Source of the DNA: Camelus ferus
Lineage: Eukaryota
Assembly (NCBI RefSeq): GCF_009834535.1
Contig: NC_045697.1
Span: forward strand, 99,140,001 to 99,204,000
Direction: 5' to 3'
Length of the DNA stretch: 64,000 nucleotides
Part shown: positions 22,855 to 34,699 of the stretch, piece by piece
How the letters are laid out: every line of letters begins with the position of its first letter
Position numbering within the stretch: the stretch's first letter is position 1
Notes under the pieces: model-generated
What the model was told of the DNA's origin: nothing
Database searches by the model: none
The model's input: only the letters and a program-made list of their open reading frames with translations
Program-made: the position numbers and the translations under genes

Positions 22855-25406
22855 GATTGGTTCAGATAATGATCTTTTATTTGTTTTTTTTTTTCTTTAA
22901 AAGTGGTATGTCAACATCACTTCATTTCTACATTTCAGAGTTCTGTACATTTCTTAAAAGGAAATAAGTAATGCTCATGTACAAAGTAAAAACAGAAAAC
23001 TAGAAAAATCTGAATAAAATGGAGGAATTTGCCAAAGGTCATACAGTACAAATTAGTAATTAGATGTCATCTGAAGTGCAATACCACTGCTGGGACGATG
23101 AGTTAAGGAATGAAATAAAAATACTCTATTTTAAACAAACAGTATATATATATATTTATATGTATATTTTTTACAGATAGTAGACCCAGTGATATCTGCA
23201 GTATTGTAAAAACTTATTTACAAATAACTTTTTTAGACATTACATGTACATCAGCACCGTAGTAAAAACAAAAACAAAACAAAACAACCGTATTAAAATC
23301 TACCTCTCGATTTAGTTGGTCCCAGTACTGAGCATTTGGAGGAAGCTTTTAAAAGATAATGGAGCCCTCCCAACCCAACCTCCATCAGCCACCTCCAGTT
23401 TCTCATCATTGCTTATATATTTCCTGTACCTTTCAGAAAAAGGTAATTATATACTCTGTGTATTCGTGTTTACCTTTTTTTTTTTGGTTTTGGTTTTCAT
23501 CTGTTTCCACTCAAGAGTTTTCCTGGTGGTAGCCCTCCCCACGCAGGGAGTTCACGGTCAGCCTGCTACCACCTCTTCCCAGAGGGAGCACAGCCCCTGC
23601 CTGGACCCTCACCCACCTGGCCGCCTCTGGTCTCTGTCCTGCCCTTTGCTGAGTAGATCTATGACCTTGGTACTTGGCAAGCAAGTCAAGAGCAGTGTTG
23701 GCCTGCCTGCTGCCCATCTGCCTCCTCTGCCCCAGCTTTTCATTCAAACCCCGTTCCTGACCTTCCCTGAGCGCAGCCAGTCCAGCTCCAGTGGTGGGGC
23801 CGGGGCTCTGGTGTGGCGAGTGACGACCTGTGGGTGCCCAGGAGGGAGCCTGCCTTTCAGACACGGAGGGCAGGGGTGGCAGGAGAAAAGCTCACACCAC
23901 TCTCACTCACGAGGACAACGGTTATGCCAACGGGACGGTGGGAGGGGAGGCGAGGACGAACGGGACAAGCCTTATGACAGTGGAGGTTGTGGATCCCTTC
24001 CCACAGGCTTCAGTGAGGGATGATTCGGGTGAATTACAAAGAGAACAACTGTACAGAACTTCAGGAGTGGATTACTTTGCCCGTATGAAAGGAACCCTCC
24101 TTCCTCCTCTTCATCATCAAAAGGTGTGAGGTGGGGCAATTGATTTTTCAGTTCCTCATCTTCTTCCAGGGTTTGCAATTAGTCTTTCTGATAAGTAGGG
24201 ATGAAGGGCTGGGCCGATTTTGGATCACCCTGGGGATTTTCCCAAAGGGAGCCAGAGCCGGCGACATCCAGGCCAGTCCCTCCTTGGTGTCCCAGAAGCA
24301 ACAGGTGCGGCTTGTGTAAACCCATCACTGAAAAGCAGAGCAGCCCACTCAGTTCCAGGCAGAGAAAGAAAACTCCAGTGTTGCCTTTATATTTCAGGCA
24401 TTGTCTAAGTTCTTCTGGCATTTATTTTGCCTCTGCTCTGGCTCCCTAAAGACAAAAGCTTCATTTCTTCTTGGATAGCCTGCAAGGAGATGCCAGGGCA
24501 GGCTGGGGTGGAGGCAAAGAGGGGCAAGGGCAGGGATGGGGAGAAAGGCTGTGCTGGCGGACACACAGCATCCAGCTGGGAACACCCCATCCTGTGGCTG
24601 CTGAGAGCAGATGGGAGTTGCCGAGAGGTATCGGGTCATACTGGGCCCCCGCAGGCTCCAGCCCAACTCCCCAGAGTGACGGTCACCACGGTCACCAGCA
24701 GAAGGCTGCCCGCCCAGGGCTGCGAGGACCCTTCTCCAAGCTCGCTTGGCTGTCCTTGGGAGGCAATGTCTCTAAACTTCCTGAGGGTCATTGAGGGCAG
24801 AAGACAGGCCTGTAGGATCCTGTGTTGTCTTCCTGTGACATCTCACTATTCTTGGTGCCTCCCTTCCCAACACAGTAGCATGTCTTGAAGCCGGACATCT
24901 CTTTGCAACCAGAGTTCAGCATTTCTGACGTGCGCTCTTGGCCTGTGCAACCACCCAGAAGCCTTCATGAAACTTCCCCCAGCCTGAGGCTCTTTCCTTC
25001 GTGTCTCCAAAGCTGCAGCCTCCGGTTCTGGACCAGGAGGGGCTGATGGCCACCTTGTGCTGGGCAGCAGTTGGTCTTGGCTGGAGCGGCTCACACTGGG
25101 CCGGGTGATCACAGGGAGGGCCCGGCAGAGGGGCTGCAGAATCATCTCCCCCATCTGCCTCAGGTGCGCCTCCCTCTCTCACAGGGTCCGCAGGGTGTCT
25201 CGTCTTGACTGCTGTGTGAAAGTCAGGTGAAATGAGGCCCACTGGGGCTGTGGATTGGTACCTGGATCTTCCACTGTCAGCTGGCTGCAGTTTTGCTCAG
25301 TTTACGTGGGTCAAAAAAACAAAAAAAACAAGGATGAGTCAACATCCTGTTTTTTGTGGTTGAAGCTTTAACCACTAGCGCTGTGGCTCCTGCGGGCCCC
25401 TCTTGA
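22855..25406 (-). other. MAML3: MAML3 3'UTR (end position approximate)
   Basis: Repeat-poor sequence after the stop codon. The distal part is AT-rich with several TGTA motifs and runs to a canonical AATAAA followed by a T-rich downstream element. Confidence 0.75.
22876..22881 (-). terminator. Polyadenylation signal AATAAA of MAML3
   Basis: Plus-strand tttatt. On the minus strand it is preceded by TGTA elements (e.g. ~22944, ~22978) and followed by gtttagtttattttagg (U/GU-rich). Confidence 0.7.
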
Positions 25407-26404
25407 CTAGGGGTTTCCAAACAATTCATCGAGCTCCTGCATCCACTCATCCCCCGGCCCACCTTTGATGATGGAGTCCACGAGATCTGCACTGTCTGAG
25501 AGGCCGGGGAAGGAAGCCCCTGCTGCGTCCCCACTGTAATTGTATGACATGTCCTGAGGGGGGTTCCGCTCATAGGCTTGGCTCTGGCTGCTTGGCGCAA
25601 AGCTGCCGCTGGGCATCTGCTGCTGTGCTGGGGGCTGGCTGAATGCGGGCAGGCCGGGTACACCCTGGCTTAGGCCAGACATGACCATCGGCCTGGCCTG
25701 GCTGGGGCCCTGCTGCCCTGGGAGCGGTGGCATAATCTGCCGACCCATGGCAGCCGGGTTGAGGGTTCTCACCACTCCAGTGTTGGCATCCACGACCTGG
25801 CTCAGTCCCTGTGGGAAGTGTTGCTTGGTCAGCCTCGGCTGGCCGGCTTGCAGTGGGTAGCTGGCACCGTTGTTGAATGATGCTAATTCTCCACTAGTCC
25901 TCCCGGGCATCCCCTGTAAGCTCCTCTGTTGCCAGCTCTGTGTTCCCTGCTGGACCGTTCCCATAATGCTCTGCAGCCTCGGTGGGCCCTGGGGCCTGGG
26001 CAAGGCCTGGCCGACCGGCCCCTTCATCTGCTGGTGCTGCTGGGTCATGGCTGAGTTCACCAGCATGCCCTGGCCAAAACCACTCACCATCCCGACCCCT
26101 TGCCCCGAGGTGGGCTGCCTCGGCCCCTGGGCTTGGTTGTGGGTGAGACTCATGCCACTTTGGTTTGGGTGCTGCAACATTTGGGTCATTCCTGTGCTCA
26201 TACTGTACATTCCCGGTTGGCTGGGAGGCGTGGAGCTATAAGAGACCAGTCCCATCTCTGACTGGGCTGCTGCTGTGACCATTGTTCCTGGGTTCTGGGA
26301 GGGTCCCATTCCCATCATGCCTGCGTTCTGTGCCATCAACCGTGAAGTTCGCATGCTCTGGAGAGCTGCCTGGCTTCTCACGGCTGCTATATCCTGGGGA
26401 GACC
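25407..26404 (-). CDS. MAML3: MAML3 terminal coding exon (C-terminal transactivation region)
   Basis: The ORF translates to GSPQDIAAVRSQAALQSMRTSRLMAQNAGMMG...DLVDSIIKGGPGDEWMQELDELFGNP*, which I recognise as the MAML3 C-terminus. The acceptor is ttttctccctgcag|GG at 26405/26404. Phase 1 matches the preceding exon (CAA G|GG TCT = Q-G-S). Confidence 0.96.
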
Positions 26405-26474
26405 CTGCAGGGAGAAAAGGACACACCTACTCACGCATCTCTATCAGCGATGCACTGTAACAAGCTGCTGGACT

Positions 26475-26740
26475 TCCCTTTGGGAATATAAAATTCTTTT
26501 ATCTGAAAGGATCTACTCTGATAATGATGATTATTTTTCTGACTATAACATGCTGATTGTGAAAAAGTTGAAAATACTGAAAAGCACAAAGAAGAAAATT
26601 AAGTCACCCTAACTCCCACTATCCAGAGGTGACCACTGCTAACTTACATTAATATATAAATAGACACACAAAAATTGGGATCATACAGTACACATGCTTT
26701 TGCAGTTGACTTTTCCACTTGATAGACCCTGATATTATTT
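26475..26740 (-). mobile_element. Ancient L1 (L1ME-type) fragment
   Basis: Typical motifs: ttgaaaatactgaaaagcacaaagaagaaaatt, cccactatccagaggtgaccactgctaac, tgggatcatacagtacac. Confidence 0.6.
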
Positions 26741-29225
26741 TTGTTCACATTCAGAAGCAAATTGTTTCTTACTCTTCTTAATATGATACCATCCTCAACC
26801 AGTAAGATACCATTTTTTTTTTTTTGGAGGTGTGAGGAAATTCACCTCCTGGGCTAAATTAGCAAGAAATGGCTGGTCACTTTGCATATCCTGTTTGTGA
26901 AGTGGAACATGGTTCAGTAGAGAATACTATCAATAAAGACCATTAGATTAATTTCCCTTAAGACTTGAGTAGGATTTGAGAGGTTAAAGGCCATCGCTTC
27001 TGCTAAGAAGCTGCTTCGACAGATGGGACATTTGTTTGGATCCCCTCTGTAGGTTTTCACATGCTCCAGATTCTCTGAATCATAACATGTCAGTGAGAAC
27101 TGGCCAGCTTCCTGAGTCAGAAAAAGAAATCATCCTGTTACTTGCTACTTGGCAATGAACTTTATGTGTTTCTCCAGCAAAGGCCACTCCTTCAAATCAG
27201 CAGGGACCACTAAAGCGGTTTTAATGATGCTGCCTTAAAAGTTGGCCAGTCACTCAACCAAGTCACTCAATTCTATTTAGGCATTTGAGTGAATCCTTTT
27301 TTAAATGTTTCTAGGAAATTTCTAAACTAGCCAAGAGGATAAAAATGTCACCCTTTGAACCTCAGTCAATGTTGTCAAGGTCTAGGAGGTATACAAAAAT
27401 GGGTTTTTCTGTGTCCCTGTTAATGATTAAATACATGAAAAAAAAAAAGAAAAATATTTTTTTTCCCTGGACATTTAAAAAAGGTACAGCATAGGAACCA
27501 ACTGATATTCTAAGCAAATTTGATCCTCCCTGGAACTGGGATGAGAAACCAGATGAGAATAGTGTAACCTGGTTAAGCCTGGCACCTTGGCAGGCAACTA
27601 AAGTGTGTTTTTGTCTTCCTGATGGGGTTATTGATTTCTGGGCAGCAAATATGTCTCCATATTTTCTTTCTTTCTTTAAGAAAGAAAATTACAGGAATTT
27701 TGATTATGACTTAAGTTTTTGTGGCTTGAGATCAATACCACACTGCACTGAAAAATGAAATGGTCACTGTGTGGAAACCTCAAAGATCTGGGGGAGATCC
27801 CTAGAAACGTTTCCGTTTTTTTGTTTTAAGCTTAATCATATCTAAGTGGATTTAAAAAAAAATCAAAAGTCCCTGGTTAAACACTGGATGGTAGTATATA
27901 TTGCAACTTGTAATCTTGTTATGAAGTTTTGTGACCTTAATGACTTAATTTATATCGACTGCATGGCCCATTTGATCAACTGTGGTAAATGGGTTATTGA
28001 GTTGCTTATAAAAAAAATTTAAGGGAAAAATATTGCTGACTCAGAGATTGATTGGATAGACCAAATTACATAAATAGGCTGCTGGAAACAGATGAAAGGA
28101 CTTTCATATTTTGGACATTTTTGTTGTTAATTTTCAAATAAATATGTTGAGGGATTGGATACTGTCTGGACTAATTTTGTGAATGAGAAATAGTTTCTCT
28201 TCTTTAGAGGGCAGAAATGCTGCAGTGTCTTTTAAGAGGTATTGAAACATTAATCCAAGCCAACCATTATTTTTACGTAGTGTAAATGACTATGCTATCC
28301 AGATGTAATTCTTATTTTAAAAAAAGGACATTTTAATATCAGCATTCAGCACCGTATTTTCAACCTAGGAAAAATAAAAAGCTTCTTACTAATCTAGTTT
28401 TTATAATTTTAGGAATTTTAAATGTACAAAGGAAAAAAATTCAAATGCATTCAAAGAATTAACTTGTCTTTACCTGATGACTACATACGTTAAACAACAG
28501 GCTACTTTTTCTCCTTCTTTTTTAAATTTTTGTCTAAAACAGATATTACTGTGAGACACCATAGTCAAATTAATTTTCCTGTCTGCTGGTTAACATCACA
28601 GTGTCAAAGAAAATTTTCTATATTCAAATAAAAATGGTAATATGCAATTTATTCCCTAAAAGGATCCGTGTCTGTTTTCACTCACAAGAAGTCTATATTT
28701 ATGAAAAACAAGCATTTCCCCATAGGCATGTAACACTGCCCAGAGGCACAAAACTCAGTAAGAAAAAGATAGTCATTAAAACCTTTGAAAAGTGTAGTGG
28801 TGAGAGAACCTATAGGTTCCTAACAGAACTTCTCTCCAAGGACAGTACTTCTTATCTATCAATTTGCTATTTTCCCAGGTACATAACATTATGATACCTT
28901 GGGTGTTAGTAAAATACGTGAAAATACTGAAGAGAGTAAAACAAAATTACCATTCAGCTCAGGAACTCTGAAATGTCACGGGTTGTTTAGCTTCAGTGTA
29001 GCTACATTTTTAGGTTAATTACCTGTGATTTGGGGTTTCAGAAAAGATCAAAGAGCAGACCTTTTCTTTAAACTGGACCCAAGCATTAAGAATATAGAGG
29101 AGTTATTCAACTCCTTTGTCCATTTATTCTAAAAAATAATACATGAGTTACAAACCTAGAAAACTCAAGGGACACTATGCCAGGTTTATCAGATTCAATG
29201 GTTTTAGTTAGTTCATAATATAAAG

Positions 29226-29300
29226 GACCAGTTCTCGAAGTGTGGCCCTTGGGCCAGCAACATGGGGAACTTGTGAGACAGGCAAATCCCACCCACCGCC
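29226..29300. mobile_element. MER5A-like hAT-Charlie fragment
   Basis: gttctcgaagtgtggcccttgggccagcaacatggggaacttgtgagacaggcaaat resembles the MER5A end and the copy at 40362. Confidence 0.55.
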
Positions 29301-29646
29301 GGCACCGAGATGACAAGACATAAACCAGGCGATATTGGGTGAAAAGACACCTGCATGTCTTTTTCGGTTATTAAACTACTGAAATACTTCTGTACTTTTG
29401 GTAAGGAACAGCTGTCCCAGTCCCACCCCGACAGCCACCCGACCCCTCCGTGGGCCCACCAACATCTCCCTGGGGCCCAGTGACCAAAAGGTTATCACCT
29501 GGCATTCTGATTGGTTGGTACCTTTCATTCTTAAACACTGTTAATGTTACTGGGACACAAACACAGCACACGTGGCATTGTCACTGGCTCTACATTCACG
29601 TATGCTTCCCAGTTGGAAGGTACACAACAGCAGGGGTGTGCCTCAC

Positions 29647-29731
29647 CTTGAAACTGGTTGACCTGCTGCACTGGGTACGGATTCCGCTGCTGCTGGAGGT
29701 GCTGCCGGGGTAAATGTGGTTGCTGCAACTG
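29647..29731 (-). CDS. MAML3: MAML3 penultimate coding exon (85 nt)
   Basis: Encodes QLQQPHLPRQHLQQQRNPYPVQQVNQFQ(G). Acceptor gtcttttag|CAG and donor CAAG|gtgagg. Phase 0 in, phase 1 out, compatible with both neighbours. Confidence 0.93.
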
Positions 29732-29814
29732 CTAAAAGACAGAGGACGAGAAGGGCGGGAAGGTGAGATGAGAGACAGCGTGCAATTAAAGATCCTGGAG
29801 ATGCTGAGGAAGGC

Positions 29815-30312
29815 AGTTTTCAAAAACTCAACTCTGAATTGAAGGTAACATTCATATAGGTAAGTGCAAAGCATATAGCATCCGTGTACAGTGTGATGGG
29901 TTTTCACAGGTGAACACGCTCCTGGGAAACAGCACCTGGATCAAGAAACAGAACCCTGCGAGGAGCCCTCATGCCCCTTTGCAGTCATTACTTTCATCTG
30001 ACCCGCTGGAACCACTATCCCAAGCTAACAACAGATGAGTTACGTCTGCTTCTGTACTTTATAGTAGGGGGTTTACACAGTGTATTCGAGTCTGGCTTTT
30101 GTGTCTGGCTCTTTGGTTTAATTGTATATGAGAGCTTCATCCACAGTGATGCGTGCAGTGTGGTCTGTTAATTCTCACTGTTGAGCACTAGTCCCTCACA
30201 TGAACACACCAAGATTTATTTACCTGTGCACCAGGGATGGTTATTTAAGGGTGCTTCCAGGTTTAGGCTGTCACAGATACCACTGCTATGAGCATCCTTG
30301 ATCAACATCTGT
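29815..30312 (-). mobile_element. Old L1M 3' fragment
   Basis: ctgaattgaaggtaacattcata...ttccaggtttaggctg...ctgctatgagcatccttg is an antisense L1 3' end pattern. Confidence 0.65.
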
Positions 30313-31319
30313 GGCTCTTCTGCTGTGTGGACTCGCTGGCTTATGAGGAAGGAGCAGTGAAGGAGGCAGCTCTGACTCTGATATTCCAACATCAGCCCGC
30401 ATGCTTTCCTCATGCTGGGGACTGAGCTCAAACGGACAAGCAACTAATTTTTAATGACCGAAATAGATGCTTCGGGTATAAGAAGATGGGATTCTCAGAA
30501 ACTACACAAAAGTCTCCTTTTATTCCCAGGAAGCCATACTGCCTGCAAAACACATCTCCACAAGCCAGATACACAGCATTTACTGCCTTGTGGAGACCGT
30601 GAGGGGTTCCACGTATACCGCGGGCCAGGAGGCTTGCGTTTGAGTTTTTCGTCTTACTGTCACGGGGATTCTGCTCGGTCAACCCTGTTGCCAATATACT
30701 GGGAAGGCTATTATGACCATTATCATGCTGTACGTGAAAAAGGGAGAGAAAATCAGAATATGGTGGAAAGAGCAAAGGAAGGGGTTTTAGTTCTAGGTCT
30801 GCGGTCAAATAGCTGCGTGACCTCTGGCACGTTGCTTAACCTCCTTCTGCAGCTGCTAAATATTCATTAAGCACCTTTCATCTGCAAGGGTTCTAAAAAC
30901 ATAGACGAGGGCCAGGCTCTTAAGAGTGTTCATTACAAAAATAACACACATTGACCACTTCTTAACACATGTGTTTATTTCTATTTTTTCTCTTGTTTTT
31001 GTTCCTGGGCAGCTCTGTAATTTTCCTTTTCTTTCTTTCTTTTTTTCCCCTTTTTCTTGACAAGGCCAGTCAGCACTCTGGCAACCAAAGGAAAGAAGAG
31101 CCTGTGTTCACCCCATCCTGTGGTGCCTACCACGGTGTTTTGCACAAAACTAGTGAAATGAATTAACTGTGTAGACACACTGTAGACAAGAAACCATGCT
31201 AATCTTTTAGGCAGCAATAATAAGAACGTGATTGAGAGTAAGCTGAGCATTTAAAAGCTTCTTCTCAGTCCAAACTTCCTAGATTATGTAAGAATGTAAC
31301 TGTTCCACTTACAGCTGCA

Positions 31320-31500
31320 AATAGGCGCTGGGGGTTGTCAGTCAGGAGTCAGGGGGCCCGGGTTATAGTCCTGGCTCTGCCTCTCTCTGCCTGATTCAAA
31401 AAAATCACATAAGCCCCTGCCTCAGTTTCCTCCTGTGTAAAATAAAGGGACTTCATGATCCCCAATGTTTGTTTCATATCTAAAATATCAGGTTCCATTG
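31320..31500. mobile_element. MIR-family SINE remnant
   Basis: Core motif gcctcagtttcctcctgtgtaaaataaaggg preceded by gggttatagtcctggctctgcc. Confidence 0.65.
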
Positions 31501-33760
31501 CAACTCTGTGAATAGATGGGAGTCAACACCTCTGTGCTCTCTGAGAATAATGCATTAAATGTTAATTCCCACCTGCTTTCAACCAGCTCTGTTCTGATTG
31601 CTAAGTCCGCTGAGAATCATTTGAAAGTGCCCAAAGATATGCAAGCTCCCAGTCCTTCTGTTTCCCCTCACATGCCCTTTCGGAAACCCAAGCATTCCCA
31701 GTAGGCGGTTTGCAAAACTGAAAAGTGTTAGGAGACTTTCACTGTTGTTGCACGGCCCAGGAAAATCAGCGTGGCGTCGATGTGGCCACAGTCATTCTAA
31801 AACAATGAGCGAAGAGCCACAGGGCGCCCACGTCAATAAGCACTGTCTCCAGGTGCAGGATGAGGGGCCACATCTCGCGGCTTCGTTTCCGGGCTGGTCC
31901 CACAGGACGGCTGGCACGTGCGGCTGCAGCTCTTGCACCGCGTTCTGTGATGCCGGGGTCACGTGACAGGCCCCAACCTACGTCTGTGCAGTTTCTCAAG
32001 GATTTTACACACATGACTCATGGGAGCATCAGGAGGGAGGCTGGGAAATGATGAAAACCTAACTTGGCAGATGAGGAGTGAGGTTAGGTTTTTCCAAAAT
32101 CATACCACAAGCAAAAGATGTGACTCAGAGTAAACTGTTCTTTCCTCGGTCCCTCTTCATCTCTTGTTACACACAGTCATTAAGGAATTATACTTACTAC
32201 TATTATTTTTTGCAATTTCCCATTTCCTCGTCTTTTCTAAGGAGTCCTATGTCTGTCTTTCCGTGTCCTGGGTTCTGAGGGGTCGCACATGCTCTCACCT
32301 CATGGTCTGTGGGTGCCATCCTGTGGCAACTCCCCTGTCTCCCTCATTCCTGGGGCTGCCTGACCTCGCCATGTGGGGACACCCTTGGGCTGGTACAGCC
32401 GTACTCGGCCTGGTTACCCCCCATTCCCTCTGCATCTTGGTCACAGTATCAGGCACACTTGAAATTGCCTGGGATTGGCTGAGGAGAGGATTTGCAAAGC
32501 CCAGCGTCCCTGCAGCAGCTCCATTTACCACTGCCTCAGAGAGATTAGCGTGGCTCCTTGTCACACACCTTATGCAGGGTGAGAGGGATAGAGGTTTGTT
32601 TGCACAAGAGCTGCCAGGCAGCTGACTGACCTCGGTAAAAAGGGAGATAATTACACAGCTGTTCAGGAACAAAAGCAAAAAGGGAACATAAGTGAACTGT
32701 GCTCAATGGTACAATTTTTCTATTTGGGGGATGACTGGTGTCACTTTGAATGGCTGCTCTTGGTTAGTAAGGACCTCAATGCACCTTGTGTCCTACACAG
32801 TATCTTGTATAGATATGGTGGAGGATATTTAATAAATTTCCAAAATTCTGATCCTACTAGGAACATTCTAGAAGGGTAACTGTGGGCGTGAGCCTTAGAT
32901 GACAGCCTCACATCTCCTATAATAGAAGGGTGTGATGCAATGGACCACCCCCCACAGAAGCTAACTAGGGACCTCCTGTGGAAGGTCTCAGGCCTTTCCT
33001 GGGATAACACTAAATCAGGCATGGGCATCTTGAAAAAACAAAACGCACTGAAACTTAGGGCAGCCAGCAGGGAAGGCTTTCTTTCAAAGCTGAAGGAATT
33101 ATATGTCAAGGGTGGTCAAAGATGTCTAGGGTAAAGCTTTCTGTGTATTAGGCCTTCCTTTAACTCAAAGATTTCCTGAACTGTTTTAAAAGCTGCTGGG
33201 AATTTTCTCAAGTTTGCACCCTTTCTGTGACCCTGAGTTCAGGTTTCCAGGTAGTTCTGTGGGCCCTATTATCCTGCTATTGTTCCCGTTCCATTGTTCA
33301 TGACCAATTCTCTAAGAATTCTCCTCAATCCCTCCTTTTGACACTTTCCTCCAAGAAACAAACTTCTCTGAATTATTTTCTTTTTTCTCCAGGCTGGAAA
33401 TATTAGAGTTTGCGAAGACTGTGAACCAGCCCCCTCCCATCACTGTCCCCCATGCTGATTACACAGACCCCTGCACCAGAAACCAGAAGAAAAGAGCCAG
33501 CCTTAAATGGAAGAAGGGTCTCTGGCAAATGGGTCTTCAAACGGATGGTGGAAGCCTGTCTTTTAAGAACAAATGAATTCGTTCTAAGAAAAAGCCCAGC
33601 TAATTGAAGGGTCTAAATTCTGCAGGTTCTTCTGCAGATCTCGGAAAGGCTGGCTTGTGAATTTCTTGATGAAGGACATGAACTGAGGTGCCCTCACAGA
33701 CACCAGGCGCGGGATAAATGTTTGCTGAACGAATGACTCACACCATGGGCGCTGTGCTAC

Positions 33761-34006
33761 CTGCTCGGCCAGAATCTGCTGCTGCTGCTGCTGCTGCCTC
33801 TGCTCCCGCAGGAACTGCTGCTTCTGCTGCTCCATCAGCTGGGCCCGCTGATCAATGAGCATCTGCTTCATGATGGCTGCCTGGGGCTGGCTGCCCAGGA
33901 AGCCGGGACCCGCGGGACTGGCTCCCGAGACCATGCCGCCGGAGCCTGGGGGCATGGAGGACTGCATGGGGCCCGTGGTCCTCGGAAGCCCCACCGGGTG
34001 CTGCTC
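33761..34006 (-). CDS. MAML3: MAML3 internal coding exon (246 nt) with short polyQ
   Basis: Encodes EQHPVGLPRTTGPMQSSMPPGSGGMVSGASPAGPGFLGSQPQAAIMKQMLIDQRAQLMEQQKQQFLREQRQQQQQQQILAEQ. Acceptor tcctgtcctcccag|GAG and donor CAG|gtagca. 82 codons, phase 0/0. Confidence 0.94.
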
Positions 34007-34417
34007 CTGGGAGGACAGGAAGAGAAGAGAACGCAGCGATTCCACATCTGAAGGGAAGCGTGGGGGAAGAGAGATGGGGCAGGTCCCCGGCTTGTGGACC
34101 TGCGGGATCCTGAGTGGCACACGTTACATTTCCATAAAATAACCCAGTGGTCCTCAAACCTAGCCTGACCACAGTGAGAGTGGAGAGGCTACAGGGGACA
34201 GTAATAGAGCAGGGCTCTGGGGAACCTGAGACCAGGTCCAGTTGTTTTCGATGGGACTGGCTAAGGAACAAGAACTGGGTTTTCAGCTAATAATCCGAGT
34301 GCCTCCAAAGGAAAAGGAATAAATCCTTGGGGGCGGGGCTCACCTTGAACCTGGAATGAGACAGCCTTGACCTTACCTCTTAATCCTTCCTGCCTACCTG
34401 GCCAAAATGGGCTTCTT

Positions 34418-34699
34418 ATGCTTCCATATCTTGGTAATTATAAATAATGTTGCTGTTACTAGTGGGGTGTAAGTATCTCTTTGAGTTAATTCTTATTTTG
34501 TGGTTGGCTTTATTCCTTTGATAACTATGTAAGTTTAAAAAGCTAAAGCTCTAAACGTTCTTAGAAACAACCAACAGTACATATATGTAAATTTAAAAAT
34601 ATGTGCAGTATACTGTATATATGTATTTACATGCAATATATTGTATATGTGCAGCCAAATTGTAACAATTCTACCTAATAAAACTGAAAAATGAGAAAA
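34418..34699 (+). mobile_element. 5'-truncated retrocopy of the element-B 3' tail
   Basis: Colinear with 3574-3846 and has AATAAA plus an A-rich end. Perfect 14-bp TSD aaaatgggcttctt (34404-34417 and 34700-34713). Confidence 0.9.

Noticed and set aside
23316..25242. Several 100-235 aa ORFs on both strands
   Set aside because: They lie within the GC-rich MAML3 3'UTR, often have non-ATG starts, and show no recognisable domain or splice structure.
26405..26426. ORF-track start (MCPFLPA) of the 339-aa ORF as a real N-terminus
   Set aside because: It is the polypyrimidine tract and acceptor of the last MAML3 intron. The same applies to the extensions of ORFs 33584-34120 and 29531-29728 beyond the splice sites.
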